64,000 nt of DNA, taken from Glycera tridactyla. Taxonomy: Eukaryota. Of the stretch, positions 52,626 to 64,000 are shown in pieces. The notes beneath the pieces are model-generated. The model searched no databases, was not told where the DNA came from, and saw only the letters and a program-made list of their open reading frames with translations. Numbering within the stretch: position 1 is the stretch's first letter; the number at the start of each line of letters is the position of its first letter. The position numbers and the translations under genes are program-made. Location: the NCBI GenBank assembly GCA_965644265.1, contig OZ286469.1, forward strand, positions 102,486,001-102,550,000. The letters run 5' to 3'.

Positions 52626-55370
52626 ATGAAAGGACGTATAATGACATCAAAACAACTAATACCGGCGGCAGACCAGCTGAGAATGGACGACTTCCTCTCC
52701 AAGACATCAACCGTGTCTGGCCTTGTACCTATATCTTCCTCAAACGGTGAGAAAAGTGATGTTTGTAGTAACATTGTTTCAACAGTGAGCGATAATTTGA
52801 CTTCGCAATCACCGCGTACCGGGAGGTCACCTTGTAGTATTTCCCCCGATCCCACCCATTCTCCACTCATTAAGGAACTATCGATTGTTGTCGACAGGCT
52901 ACGGAGTGAATCCCCTCTCCGACCACGCTCATCTCCAACCGCGCCGTCACCGTCACGCTCCACTGATCGGCGATTACTCCGTCCTACAAAGTTTCAACCG
53001 TCACGGTCCGCTGAGAATATACCAGGAACTGTGTCAAGCGAGGTCATAATCGTACAAACAGCTGAGCGTGACTGTAAACACAAATTAGCTGAAAGGCCTG
53101 GATCGAGTACGTCATCTCACTCGCTTGATATGGCCTTATTAGAAGTCTCTAGACCACGTGTGGAAGATGGAGAATCAGATGGACTAAATGTGCATGCCAA
53201 TAAACCTATTGCTGAATCGAATGGTAACCATAGAATCGAGAACGCCGAATCTGAATCTGACGAGGACTCTATTGAAATTGGCGAATCGCAATCGCATTTT
53301 CTCGATTCACAGAAACTGGTTACTCATAAATCGGAAACTTCGCTGATGGAACCCAAATCAATGCCAAAACAACAACTTCAACTGTTTGATATGAATCCGC
53401 CCAGCGTCTCAGACATTCACAATGAGCTACTCGCCAGTTTGCCTACACCCCGCAGAGACTTACATCAGCACGCAACTCCTACTCCTAATCGCAAGAAGAA
53501 ACGTGAGCCTTCAGGTGATGTCGATGAAAATAAAAATGTCGGCCAAACTGCATGCACTGCGGGGATCATACAGGACGGCCCTGATAACAAAGACAGTACA
53601 AAGACTAAGAAACTAAGAGAGAAATCGCCTGATATCAAGACAAAAATTATCGTGGATGTGGAAATGAACGACAGTTTCAATGTATCAGTGGACTCTCCAA
53701 AAATTGACTGCGGACAACGATCACCGGATAGCGCCGCATCCGGTAAACTGAAAAACCATGATCCACGTGATGGACTTCGTGTTGAAATTCCAACTGAGGA
53801 TGCCAACGATTACTCTCAAAATGAACTTATGGCCAACACGGGTAGTGATCCTCACCGTCTATATCTGACATATGAAGACTTCGTTGCAGAATTCAAACAC
53901 ATGGAAACTTCGTTTTGGAAATCAATTGCTCATAAATTGCCCGAGATGGTAAACCTAGTCAACAGTGACAAAACAGAAGAAATCAAATCTGATATTAGAG
54001 CAACTAAATATGAAATTGCAGATGTAGAAGGCACTCTACGAGCTGAGTTGACTAGCCTCAAAGAGGAGACCAAATTCCTTGTCGCCGAAAATGGTAAACT
54101 TAACAGATTATTGAAACAAAACAGTATCGTCATTGATGAGATGCGTAAGACACTAACTGAAGACAAAAACGAAATGAATAAAGCACTTATGAAGGCCAAA
54201 GATGATATCCAATCAATCCTCCATTCGTCATTGAAGGACGACATTAATAAAAGATTGGACGAACTAAAATCTTCGATGCCGGAACATGTCGACCATTCCC
54301 TTGTTGAGTCTCTCAGACAAGAGTTAACTGCCATTACGAATAAGCTCCAGCGTGCTGAGACACATCTTACTAAAATCAGCAACCGTCTTGAAAATGTAGA
54401 GCTAGATGAAAGGCAGACAGTCCTAATTGCTGAGGGCATTGAAGTCAAATCTAATGAAAACATTCTTGACAAAGTAATACGTGTCTTGAATGAATGCCTT
54501 CTAGCTGAACTCACACGCGACGACATTGTCTCATGCCAATTTTTCGGCCGTCCAAACACTGACTCGGATAAGCCGAGACCAATCAGACTAAAATTGAAGT
54601 CACAAGAACTGAAAAGATGGCTTATGCGACAAAAAGGGAGCTTGCGGGACACCCAAATCTACTTGAATGAACATCTCACGGCTGCAAATAGCAGTATATA
54701 TTACTTATCTAGACAAGCATGCAAGCAAAGACTGTTCCATCACACTTGGGCAGATATGGGGAGAGTGTGGGCAACAAAAACACAGGATGCAGTCCCGACG
54801 TGGATTCGTGACCCTGACCGACTTAGACTGGAACTCGAGGCAATTGCGATGAGACCTGATAAACCACACTCACCACGCCTACAGGAACAGAATACCAATA
54901 TCACTGGACCACAAAATGATCTATCTGGGGCTAGTGGTATAAGCAGGGAAAACCGTAATGGGTATCGCGACAGGTTAAACGAATACTACTGTGGAAACGA
55001 TCGGAACCACGATCAGAGTTCACGCTCTCGAACACGCCGTCATGAAATGCGGGGTGACTACAACAGTAGAAACCAACCGATGCAGAACGTGGGAAACCAG
55101 GCACAAACCGAGAGGGGGCAGGAACGCGATCGTGACTGTATGAGCAGCGATAGGAACTTGACTGAACGTTTGCTCGCCTATGCGCATGAAGGATCAACAT
55201 CATTGGATTCGAACAATCGAGGTCCTTTGAATTACAGAGGTCGGTGTGGCCTGCGAGGTGGACGTGGTGTTTCTCGAGGAGAATATCAAGGGAACCGTGG
55301 TGCTCACGAGTACGGTAAGCACAGACTTCCCCGTGGAACCGGTCGAGGTCAGCAGCGCGACCTGAGGTGA
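52626..55370 (+). CDS. LINE ORF1p: disordered N-terminus, coiled coil, L1-like RRM/CTD, RG-rich tail
   Basis: Heptad-rich segment followed by LIAEGIE...KPRPIRLKL...IYLNEHLT...TW, typical of RRM-type LINE ORF1p. First in-frame ATG at 52626. Confidence 0.85.
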   Translation: MKGRIMTSKQLIPAADQLRMDDFLSKTSTVSGLVPISSSNGEKSDVCSNIVSTVSDNLTSQSPRTGRSPCSISPDPTHSPLIKELSIVVDRLRSESPLRPRSSPTAPSPSRSTDRRLLRPTKFQPSRSAENIPGTVSSEVIIVQTAERDCKHKLAERPGSSTSSHSLDMALLEVSRPRVEDGESDGLNVHANKPIAESNGNHRIENAESESDEDSIEIGESQSHFLDSQKLVTHKSETSLMEPKSMPKQQLQLFDMNPPSVSDIHNELLASLPTPRRDLHQHATPTPNRKKKREPSGDVDENKNVGQTACTAGIIQDGPDNKDSTKTKKLREKSPDIKTKIIVDVEMNDSFNVSVDSPKIDCGQRSPDSAASGKLKNHDPRDGLRVEIPTEDANDYSQNELMANTGSDPHRLYLTYEDFVAEFKHMETSFWKSIAHKLPEMVNLVNSDKTEEIKSDIRATKYEIADVEGTLRAELTSLKEETKFLVAENGKLNRLLKQNSIVIDEMRKTLTEDKNEMNKALMKAKDDIQSILHSSLKDDINKRLDELKSSMPEHVDHSLVESLRQELTAITNKLQRAETHLTKISNRLENVELDERQTVLIAEGIEVKSNENILDKVIRVLNECLLAELTRDDIVSCQFFGRPNTDSDKPRPIRLKLKSQELKRWLMRQKGSLRDTQIYLNEHLTAANSSIYYLSRQACKQRLFHHTWADMGRVWATKTQDAVPTWIRDPDRLRLELEAIAMRPDKPHSPRLQEQNTNITGPQNDLSGASGISRENRNGYRDRLNEYYCGNDRNHDQSSRSRTRRHEMRGDYNSRNQPMQNVGNQAQTERGQERDRDCMSSDRNLTERLLAYAHEGSTSLDSNNRGPLNYRGRCGLRGGRGVSRGEYQGNRGAHEYGKHRLPRGTGRGQQRDLR

Positions 55371-55440
55371 CCAGTCGTGGAAATTGTTCCTCTAACGTTA
55401 GCCGCCCAGGGCTACAATCTAGCTTTCCCTAAGCTAAACA

Positions 55441-56391
55441 ATGGCGACTGCCGATGCGCACCCCATCTTTAATCGCCATAAGTACCCATTAGAACGCCAT
55501 CATAACATTGTTACTTCTGCAGATGAGAAACAGGCGAATGACCAATTAGTAGTTATGAATGAGAAACCCCTTCGTGCAGCAGCAGAGAAAACCTTCCGCA
55601 TCTATGATGCACCCTCAATATTGATACTTGGTGACTCAAATGTTGGGCATCTTAGATCTGCTGTTAAATCAAGAAATTTTCCTGAGCATCTGAAACGGTT
55701 GACAAAATATACATATTATATGGGCTTCAGGGGAATGACCTTCGTAAACTCCAAACGATATTTGCAGGGCGACTTCGGTAATGTCGAAAAGCGCAATGAG
55801 TATGGTCTTCCCTGGGAAGTATATAAGTATGAGTCGGACAATCATTACCCAGAACACATCATCATTATACTAGGGGGGAATGATGTGGATAATCTCAATC
55901 GCCACTTAACCGCTCTTTACCAACAACATGGCAGAGAGGGTTATGTGCCTGCCGCCGAAGACGCGCTTCAAGAATGGTCCGATGATCTGCTACCACTGAT
56001 TCGGGAGTTCTTTGCTGACATTGCCACTCACTTCCCTCAAATACCAGTCTACTTTATGAGTATACTACCGAGAGTATGGTGGGGGGAACATGCGAGAAGG
56101 CTCGCCACTAACATTGAAGTCTTCATAAATCAGTCGCTTCGCAAGGCACAAAATGTCAAGAGTTGCACCTGTACAAGTGTCTTTTATGACTACGGTACCC
56201 ATTATTTTAGGCCATCAAATAGTGATGTCATAACGGCGTATTTATGTGATGATGCGGTCCACCTAAATATCAAAGGGAACCAAGCTTATGTTAGAGATAT
56301 GATCTACAAGGTCATGCAAGCCTTCAACCATATGAAGAGTGGTAAAGACCCACGAGGAGGACATAAAAGGAAGCGACCGGAAAACGATTGA
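55441..56391 (+). CDS. SGNH/GDSL-family esterase as a separate ORF
   Basis: Block I LILGDSN, block III ILGGNDV, block V DDAVHLN; good Kozak context aaacaATGG with an in-frame TAA just upstream. Confidence 0.85.
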   Translation: MATADAHPIFNRHKYPLERHHNIVTSADEKQANDQLVVMNEKPLRAAAEKTFRIYDAPSILILGDSNVGHLRSAVKSRNFPEHLKRLTKYTYYMGFRGMTFVNSKRYLQGDFGNVEKRNEYGLPWEVYKYESDNHYPEHIIIILGGNDVDNLNRHLTALYQQHGREGYVPAAEDALQEWSDDLLPLIREFFADIATHFPQIPVYFMSILPRVWWGEHARRLATNIEVFINQSLRKAQNVKSCTCTSVFYDYGTHYFRPSNSDVITAYLCDDAVHLNIKGNQAYVRDMIYKVMQAFNHMKSGKDPRGGHKRKRPEND

Positions 56392-56666
56392 CTTCATTTT
56401 TCGTCACCAAGGACCTCTACTTGCCCGTGTATGTAGTGTAACAATTCATATTATGTTATCACTACTGCTATAGCCTGGTATATACATGATCTATCACGGT
56501 CATAAGATCATATCAACATGCTATCTCAATAACATCAAACTGCCGGAATCATAAGATCAGTGAATCCATAAGAACTACACCTGTTCATGTCCTCATACTG
56601 CATATGTCTTCTATAGCCACTTGTTGTGCCCAAGTGGACACTAATAGCGTAATTATATACTCGTCT

Positions 56667-57486
56667 CAGTGTGCCCATATGGGCTTCACTGATATCTCTT
56701 CTCCTCTCTCCGATCTCCTCTTCCAACAAGTTCACTCGAGACAGTGTACCCGTATTGGTGTTTTTCTCGATAGCCTAACGTCTACATCAAGTGTGCACGT
56801 AGCAGTGTTCCCGTATGGGCCTCACTGGACTCCCGTACATGTTAGCCTTCAATGCTACTCGTATGGTCATGCGATTTCTTATATGCTCGACTCAGTGTAC
56901 CCATATGGGTGTCACTGTTAGTTTCTCCTCTCTCCTTTTCCTTCTCGTGAAGTATACTCGAAGCAGTGTAACCAGATGGGTCTCACTGGATTCTCAAGCA
57001 TGCTGTACTCAGTGTTCCCGTATGGGACTCACTGAATTTGTCATACCAATAACCTATCATTGTGAAATCGAAACAGTGTACCCAGATGGGTCTCACTTAT
57101 TTATCAGTTCATCAGCTCTTCAACTGATCAATGATCCATTGCAACTGTAGGTTGAGGCAAAACCCGACCCAGCAATCAGCAATATCAAGGAATGTGTCTC
57201 TGAAACCCCACAAGAAATTTTTCAAGATGTGTCGGCCCGCCAAGTACTCTACCATACAGTCGACCCAGTGTTCCCATATGGATTTCACTGGGCCAAGTGC
57301 TCCACTATATACACAACTCAGTGTACCCATATGGATCTCACTGGGCCCCATCTCATCGCCACTGTCTGCATAAACTTGGCCTCAACCTGATACCCATGTT
57401 ACCCAGATGGGCGTCTCCACAAGAAATTCCTCAAAACGAGATCTCTACTGCGTACCCGACTCAGTGTATCCATATGAATCTCACTG
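56667..57486. repeat. Dispersed array of 25-bp imperfect palindromes, 9 clear plus at least 2 degenerate copies
   Basis: CAGTG-T-NCCC-NNAT-GGGN-YT-CACTG at 56667, 56803, 56893, 56964, 57010, 57074, 57266, 57319 and 57462. Confidence 0.85.
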
Positions 57487-58122
57487 GGCTTCAGCATATT
57501 GTCTTTGGCCTCAATAGTCGTGGTGGCTATATGGTTGACAGCTCTTTGCATAACGGAATAAATGTCACCACTGTTAGATAGGTCTTTACTGCAGACCAGT
57601 GTCTGTTTTCTGACATCAGACTGCCTGTTAAAACAAAATAGTTGGAACTGGTAGAAACTGACGTGAGACGGTCTTACAGTAGCAATAAATCTGATCTACC
57701 TGCTTCTGCCCTGATTACATGCAATGCGCACTCAGCCTAGCATAAATTATATGGAATTTGAGAAAATCACATTATTTGAACATGAATACTGCCAAGTTGG
57801 CGTAACATATTACATGCCTTTCTTTCCCCATTGATGCATTGATTGTACTAGAATTCTAGATTCATATTTTCTCGCTCAGGTTAGTTTTTGAAAAACTTTA
57901 ATCTAACCTGACTGGTGATCTACTATTTTACTAACTTTATTCACAAGGTACCCAGTATATTTAGCTGAGTTTGTGTTATTACTACTACTACTCTCATTTT
58001 GATTTGATTTGCTTGTATCATATCTCGTTAGATTTATCAGTTTCTCTGTCTGGTCCTCTGTCCGGGGATTTATTTATTTTTTCCTATACCCTGTCGGGGT
58101 AATTTTTGTCACTTGCTGACCT

Positions 58123-61047
58123 ATGATGTGTATTACACCTAGTGTGTATTCTGACAGTACCTCTCTGCTCGAATACTCAATTGAGAAGCTAAATAATGAA
58201 CACAAGATGGGTTTTGCCGCGATCAATGTACGAAGCCTAGTCCGAAAACTTGATGAAATAAAGCTCCTTTTATCACGAAGCAATCTCGAACAACTAGTAT
58301 TATCGGAGACCTTTCTGAACGAATCTATTGTTAACTGTGAGATCGCCATTGAAGAGTACCAAATGTTCAGATCTGACCGCACCCTGTTATCCGGAAAATG
58401 TGGGGGTGGAGGGCTCCTAATATATGCTAATTCGAAACGTGATATACAACTTGTCGAAAATAGCAGCATGTGTTCACCCGATATCGAGTTAATTTGGGTC
58501 AAACTCAGTCTTCCGACCACACGGCCCACATTTATCTGTGGTATATATAGGCCCCCATCTGGGAATGTGATAAGAGCACTTGATACCTTGGAGTCTTCAA
58601 TTCAATCTACAGTTGGTGATGCTCGCTCTGACATATTGATACTTGGCGACATGAACATCAATACCCTGATTATGAACTCAGATAACAGGGCGTATAGGAC
58701 TTTTCTGACTAACAATCGTTTTACATGTCTTATTAATACACCTACTCGTGTAACCGCGACCTCTGCCACATGCATTGACCACATTCTGGTAAATAATCTC
58801 CCACAGTTCTCATGCTCTGGGTCGCTTGACCTAGGAATCAGCGACCACTCCCTGGTCTATACTTATCGTCAGCGAGTGAAAATCTCCAAAGAGAAAGAAT
58901 TCATAAGTTTTCGTAGTTTCCGGAATCTTGACCAATCAAAATTTCAATCTGATATTGAAAACCTTGGTTTTGATCCAGCCACTTTTCACGATGTTGATCT
59001 ATGTGTCGAAAGCTTTGTTGACAAATTAACTTTAATCATCGACAAACATATTCCGATAGTCACGAAACCACGTAGAAAGGAGAATGCTGGCTGGGTAAAC
59101 AACCATTATATATCGTTGTTAGATGCGAAATGTTAACGGGCCACGAAATATAACCGTCGCAAGAAACCTGAGTATAAACAAAAACGCGACGAACTTATCA
59201 AAGAGTGTGCCAAACTTAAAAGACGTCTGAAAAGAGAGTTCATCTCAAATAAGATTGAACAAGCGGGTGATGACACCAAAAAACTCTGGAGGACCATCCG
59301 CACCTTTTGGCCTGACTCGAAATCAAGCAAAACTCAGACTGCGAATATTGATGGTTATACAAGTGACATGGACATTGCGGAACATTTAAATCTCCATTTC
59401 TCAACCGTTGGTGGTAGACTAGCCTCGATGTTCCCTTCTTCTGACAATGGCTCTGCCACGGACATGCTATTGTGTCGTCCCCCTACTTTTGAATTTAAGG
59501 AGATCTCACTGAAGACCATTGAAGAAGCTGTCAATCATTTAAGCTCGTCAAATGCTGCTGGGGATGATGGCATAACCAGTAGGATTATCAGACTTGGTGG
59601 CACTGTTCTGAACCATATTATACAGGGAATCATAAATTTGAGTATTCGTACCTCGTCCTTTCCACATTTGTGGAAGAAGGCCACAGTAACAGCCCTTCAC
59701 AAGGGAGGCTCTTCATCATTATCGACAAATTTCAGGCCAATCTCGGTTCTGGCTGCGCTTAGCAAAGTCCTCGAACGTGTCATCCACTATCAATGTCATG
59801 ACTATCTCGATGAATATAATTTACTGTCGGAGGCCCAGTCGGGTTTTAGGAAGAACCACTCCACGGTCAGCTGTCTTATAGATTTCTGTAACACTATCTA
59901 TGACAGTATGGAACAAGGACTAGCCTGTGGGGTGGTTTTCCTTGACCTGACTAAGGCCTTCGATACCGTGGACCACAGCTTGTTGCTTGACAAACTCAGA
60001 TATCTTGGTTTTAGAAACTCGGCTGTGTCATGGTTTGAATCTTATCTCAGCGATCGATGCCAATGCACAAAGTTTGGCGCAAAAACCTCAGGGGTGAGAG
60101 CAGTGGATTTCGGGGTACCACAGGGGTCCATTCTTGGACCCCTGTTATTTGTTTTATATATTAATGATATGCCTGATTTTGTGACTAATTCCCGTGTCTA
60201 TATGTATGCAGATGACACCGCTATTCTCACAACTGGGCTGACCGAAGATGAAATAATCTCAAAGCTTGAGCCTGACTTCGTATCCCTTGAAAATTGGTTC
60301 ACTCGAAATCGCTTGACTTTGAATCGCTCTAAGTCAAAGTATATGCAATTTGGAACACGTCAGAAACTAGTAAATATCACCAGCAATGTGAACCATATCC
60401 TGGGCTTTGAGAGACTATCTACCTTTAAATATCTGGGAGTTAAACTCGACTCGCAATTGTCCTTCTCTGACTATGTAGATAGTATAATAAAAAAGGTGAA
60501 ATCTCGTAACGGACTGCTTTGGCGTGTCCGAGGTCATATTGACATGAATCTGGCTAAGTATCTTGCACAAGCCCTAATCATGCCGTTATTTAATTATGCT
60601 GATACACTACTACTAGGTCTTGGTGTTCGACTAAACAACAAGCTGAAAGTGGCGCACAATAACTGTCTACGGGCTGTCCTCTGCTGCGACAAACGCACAC
60701 CGACAGCCACTTTATTGAATAATAGTGGGTTTATTGATCTGGCGAAACGGAGAGAGATCCATGGCCTATGCGAACTTTATAAGATTCTGAATGGACACTG
60801 TTCTAAGCGCCTATCTGATCTTTGTGCACTGAAGTATGTTCGATCGCCATGTGAATCTTCCTCCTGTGTAACAAGATCTCGCAGCAGCGAGCTCCTAAAA
60901 ATTCCTAAAACCAGATTGAAGAGTGTAGACAGGAATTTCTTTATCTCTTGTGGTGTTATGTGGAACACACTTCCTCTTGGTATTCGATCTTCAGAAACTA
61001 CTGATAGTTTTAAATCAAAGTTAAAGCGTCTCTACGGATCGAAGTGA
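58123..61047 (+). pseudogene. LINE ORF2p (APE + RT) interrupted by one in-frame TAA at 59134-59136
   Basis: INVRSL, LSETFL, GDMN, IDHIL, SDH (APE); RPISVL, QSGFR, DLTKAFD, PQGSILGP, YADD (RT). Both track ORFs share a frame and the interval between them is open. Confidence 0.93.
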
Positions 61048-61065
61048 GCAGGGGATCATTCAATA

Positions 61066-62283
61066 TCTGAATAGATATGTTGGCATATAACGCCATGCCA
61101 TGTGATGTTGATCTCTTTCTGGATATCTCTTTGATGCACTATATGCCAATGGGTCCGATAATTGCCAAGTCCAATGCTGTACCTCACCTACAACATTACT
61201 GCCTTGATGTATGATAATTGCCACGCTCATGCTGTACGTCACCTACAGCATTTATTGTCTTGGTGCACACAATGGTATTAATTGATCTAGCTCGTAATAT
61301 GCATAGATGTATACCAAAATGCTGATAGCTACCAAAATTGCATTCCAACAGCCTATGGGTATTTCGTCAGGATATCAAAGATTAAATTTCTTGAAGACCT
61401 ATGTCGGCGACACTTCAACAATACCATCTGTTCTTTGGTGTATGCAAATATTCGCTTCTGTTTTCGATTTGATGTACTGAGCTACGATCGTATTAATGAG
61501 GAGAGATTGGCAGCTGGTTTGTGTTGTGCTAAGGCACCTATTGTATATACGTTGATTGCCCGCCTCGGATTGTATATCTGCTAACGCCACTTGGCATAAT
61601 ATTTGCTGTTGCCTTGTGAAATGCATGACTTCATTATTGTTCTCAGGTGCCACTGATATCAAATTATCATGGTGAAATATTTGATCGGAGTTTTTCTCGA
61701 CTTCTGCTTTTATTTGTTTATCTATACACACCCACGTAAAATTGTGATGTGCAAATTGTGACTGCCGTAATATACGAACATCTCGGCTGTTCCTGCTGAC
61801 ACTATGTTAGCATATAATGCCATGCCATGTGATGTTGATCTCTTTCTGGATATCTCTTTGATGCACTAAATGCCAATGGGGCCGATAATTGCCGAGTTCA
61901 TTGATGTACTTCATCTATAACATTTATTGCCTCGATGTACAATAACTGCCACGTTCATTGCTGTACGTCACCTACAGCATTTATTGTCTTGGTGTACACA
62001 ATGGTATTAGCTGATCTAGCTCGTGATATGCAAAGATGTATACCAAAATGCTGATAACTACCAAAATTGCAATTTCATCAGCCAATGGGTAATTCGTCAG
62101 GATATCAAAGATCAAAATGCTTGGAGACCTATATCGGCGACACTTCAACAATACCATCTGTTCTTTGGTGTATGGAAATATTTGCTTCTGTTTTCGAATT
62201 GTTGTATTGAGCTATGAATGTATTAATGAGGAGAGTTGGTCAGCTTGTTTGTGTTGTGCTTATGCACCTATTGTATATACGTT
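61066..62283 (+). repeat. Duplicated ~480-bp block in the LINE 3' UTR
   Basis: atataa(c/t)gccatgccatgtgatgttgatctctttctgg at 61066 and 61812, with similarity continuing to ...cacctattgtatatacgttga. Confidence 0.8.
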
Positions 62284-62376
62284 GACATATTTTGTATTCT
62301 TAATGGGAAATATGGTCAGTTTTTGACCACCCAGTCCAGAATTGAATAAAGTTTTTTTCTATTGTCTATTGTCTAT

Positions 62377-64000
62377 ATGTGTATTTCAGCTGCTCGATCA
62401 TATCTCACAGATTCAGCTTAGCTTGACTCATAATGATCCATTTATCTTCTTCATGATACTGTGAGAACATTTCACAATGGATTTGAAATACAGAAATGAT
62501 TTTGTGTGCTCCAGGGAACAAGAACTTGGTGAAAATCGGCCCATTTCTCCATACTAGCTCACTGAAAACCCCCTGTGTATCATTGGGGCCCGAACATATT
62601 TTTCATAATCAGCTCAGTTGGACTCGGAATGATAAGTCAATTTTCTTCATGATACTCTGAGAACATATCATGATCAGTGTGCAATATGAAAATGATTTCA
62701 TGTGCTGCAACGTGCATAATCAATGTGAAAATCCCTCATTTCATTGTACAAGCTAACTGGATGCCTTCTGTGTATTTCAGCTGCTCGATCATATCTCACA
62801 GTTTCAGCTCAGCTTGACTCATAATGATCCATCTATCTTCTTCATGATACTGTGAGAACATTTCATGATAGATTTGGAATACAGAAATGATTTTATGTGC
62901 TCAAGGGAACAAAAACTTTGTAAAAATCGGCCCATTTTCCCCATACTAGCTCACTGGAAGCCCCCTGTGTATCAAGGCAGCGCAAGAATTTTTTTCAGAT
63001 TCAGCTCAGCTCGACTAAGAATGATCTGTTCATCTGCTTCATGATACTGTGAGAACATTACATGATCAGTTTAGGATATAGAAATGATTTTATGTGCTTC
63101 AGGGAACAAAAACTTCAGCTCAGCTTGACTAAGAATGATCTGTCAATCTTCTCTATGATACTCTGAGAACATTTCAAGATCAGTCTGCAATATCAGAATG
63201 ATTTCATGTGCTGCAGGGGGAAAAATCATTGTGACAATATGCGCATTTCCTCAACCTAGCTTTCTGGATGCCTTCTGTGTATTTCAGCTGCCTGGACATA
63301 TTTTTTAGAATCAGCTCAGCTTGACTAAGAATGATCTCTTTATCTTCCATATGATACTGTGAGAACATTTCATGATCAGTTTGGAATATAAAAATGATTT
63401 TCTGTGCTGCAGGGGGCGAGAAGTTTGTGAAAATTAGCCCATTTTCCCATACTAGCTTACTGGAAGCCCCCTGAGTATCATGGGGACCTGAACATATTTT
63501 TCAGAATCAGCTCAGCTGGAATCAGAATGATCTGTCAATCTTCAGTTTATATTCTGTATGATACTCTGAGAACATTTCATGATCAGTTTGGAATATAGAA
63601 ATGATTTCATATCCTGCAGCGGGCATAATCAATGTGAAAATCCCTCATTTCATTGTACAAGCTAACTGGATGCCTTCTGTGTATTTCAGCTGCTGGATCT
63701 TATCTTACAGTTTCAGCTCAGCTTGACTCATAATGATCCATTTATCTTCTTCATGATACTGTGAGAACATTTCATGATAGATTTGGATAACAGAAATGAT
63801 TTTATGTGCTCAAGGGAACAAAAACTTTGTAAAAATCGGCCCATTTTCCCCATACCAGCTCACTGAAAGCCCCCTGTGTATCAAGGCAGCGCAAGAATAT
63901 TTTTCAGATTCAGCTCAGCTCGACTAAGAATGATCCATTCATCTTCTTCATGTTACTGTGAGAACATTTCACGATTGATTTGGAATACAGAAATGATTTT
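62377..64000. repeat. ~190-200-bp satellite (right part, same family as 51.0-52.6 kb)
   Basis: Same monomer motifs as the left part. Confidence 0.9.

Larger units (their letters stand above)
52582..62376 (+). mobile_element. Near full-length CR1/L2-group LINE, 9.8 kb, three ORFs
   Basis: Interrupts a satellite monomer at ...gccttatg|tgtatttcagc with a possible TATG TSD. 3' end has AATAAA plus a (CTATTGT)n tail. Confidence 0.85.

Noticed and set aside
56667-57486. CRISPR-like repeat-spacer appearance
   Set aside because: Eukaryotic LINE context, no cas genes, irregular spacer lengths and degenerate repeats.
56667-57486. Iron-responsive element (CAGUGN)
   Set aside because: Here CAGUG is paired with CACUG in a stem; in an IRE it forms the apical loop.
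59134-59136. Programmed readthrough or selenocysteine in LINE ORF2
   Set aside because: The codon is TAA, not TGA; a simple nonsense mutation or base error is more parsimonious.

Overview
Repeat-dominated eukaryotic, probably invertebrate animal, DNA (inference from the element types and a single-exon GPCR). From left to right: a lightly decayed Ty3/Gypsy element on the minus strand (1 to ~9 kb); a decayed L2-like LINE inside a CCATA satellite (10.1-13.1 kb); several satellites; one intronless class A GPCR gene whose C-terminus runs into a 5-kb minisatellite; a 21-kb cluster of three Penelope-like element (PLE) families, here called A, B and C, with C-terminal GIY-YIG (Neptune-like), all joined at (TA)n/(CA)n tracts, two of them as head-to-head inverted dimers; and a 9.8-kb CR1/L2-group LINE with three ORFs inserted in a ~195-bp satellite. 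The main find is in the PLE termini. All three families carry a SPLIT type I hammerhead ribozyme whose catalytic strand and GUC cleavage strand pair perfectly but lie 230-310 nt apart. The intervening stem III loop holds promoter-like motifs. A co-varying decoy copy of the stem III strand sits just upstream of the core, and a duplicated motif marks the genomic 3' ends. Other notable items are a 964-aa extra ORF in PLE family B, a stand-alone SGNH esterase ORF in the LINE, and an array of co-varying 25-bp hairpins in the LINE intercistronic spacer. All structures were paired by eye. No folding or database search was run, so novelty is unverified.
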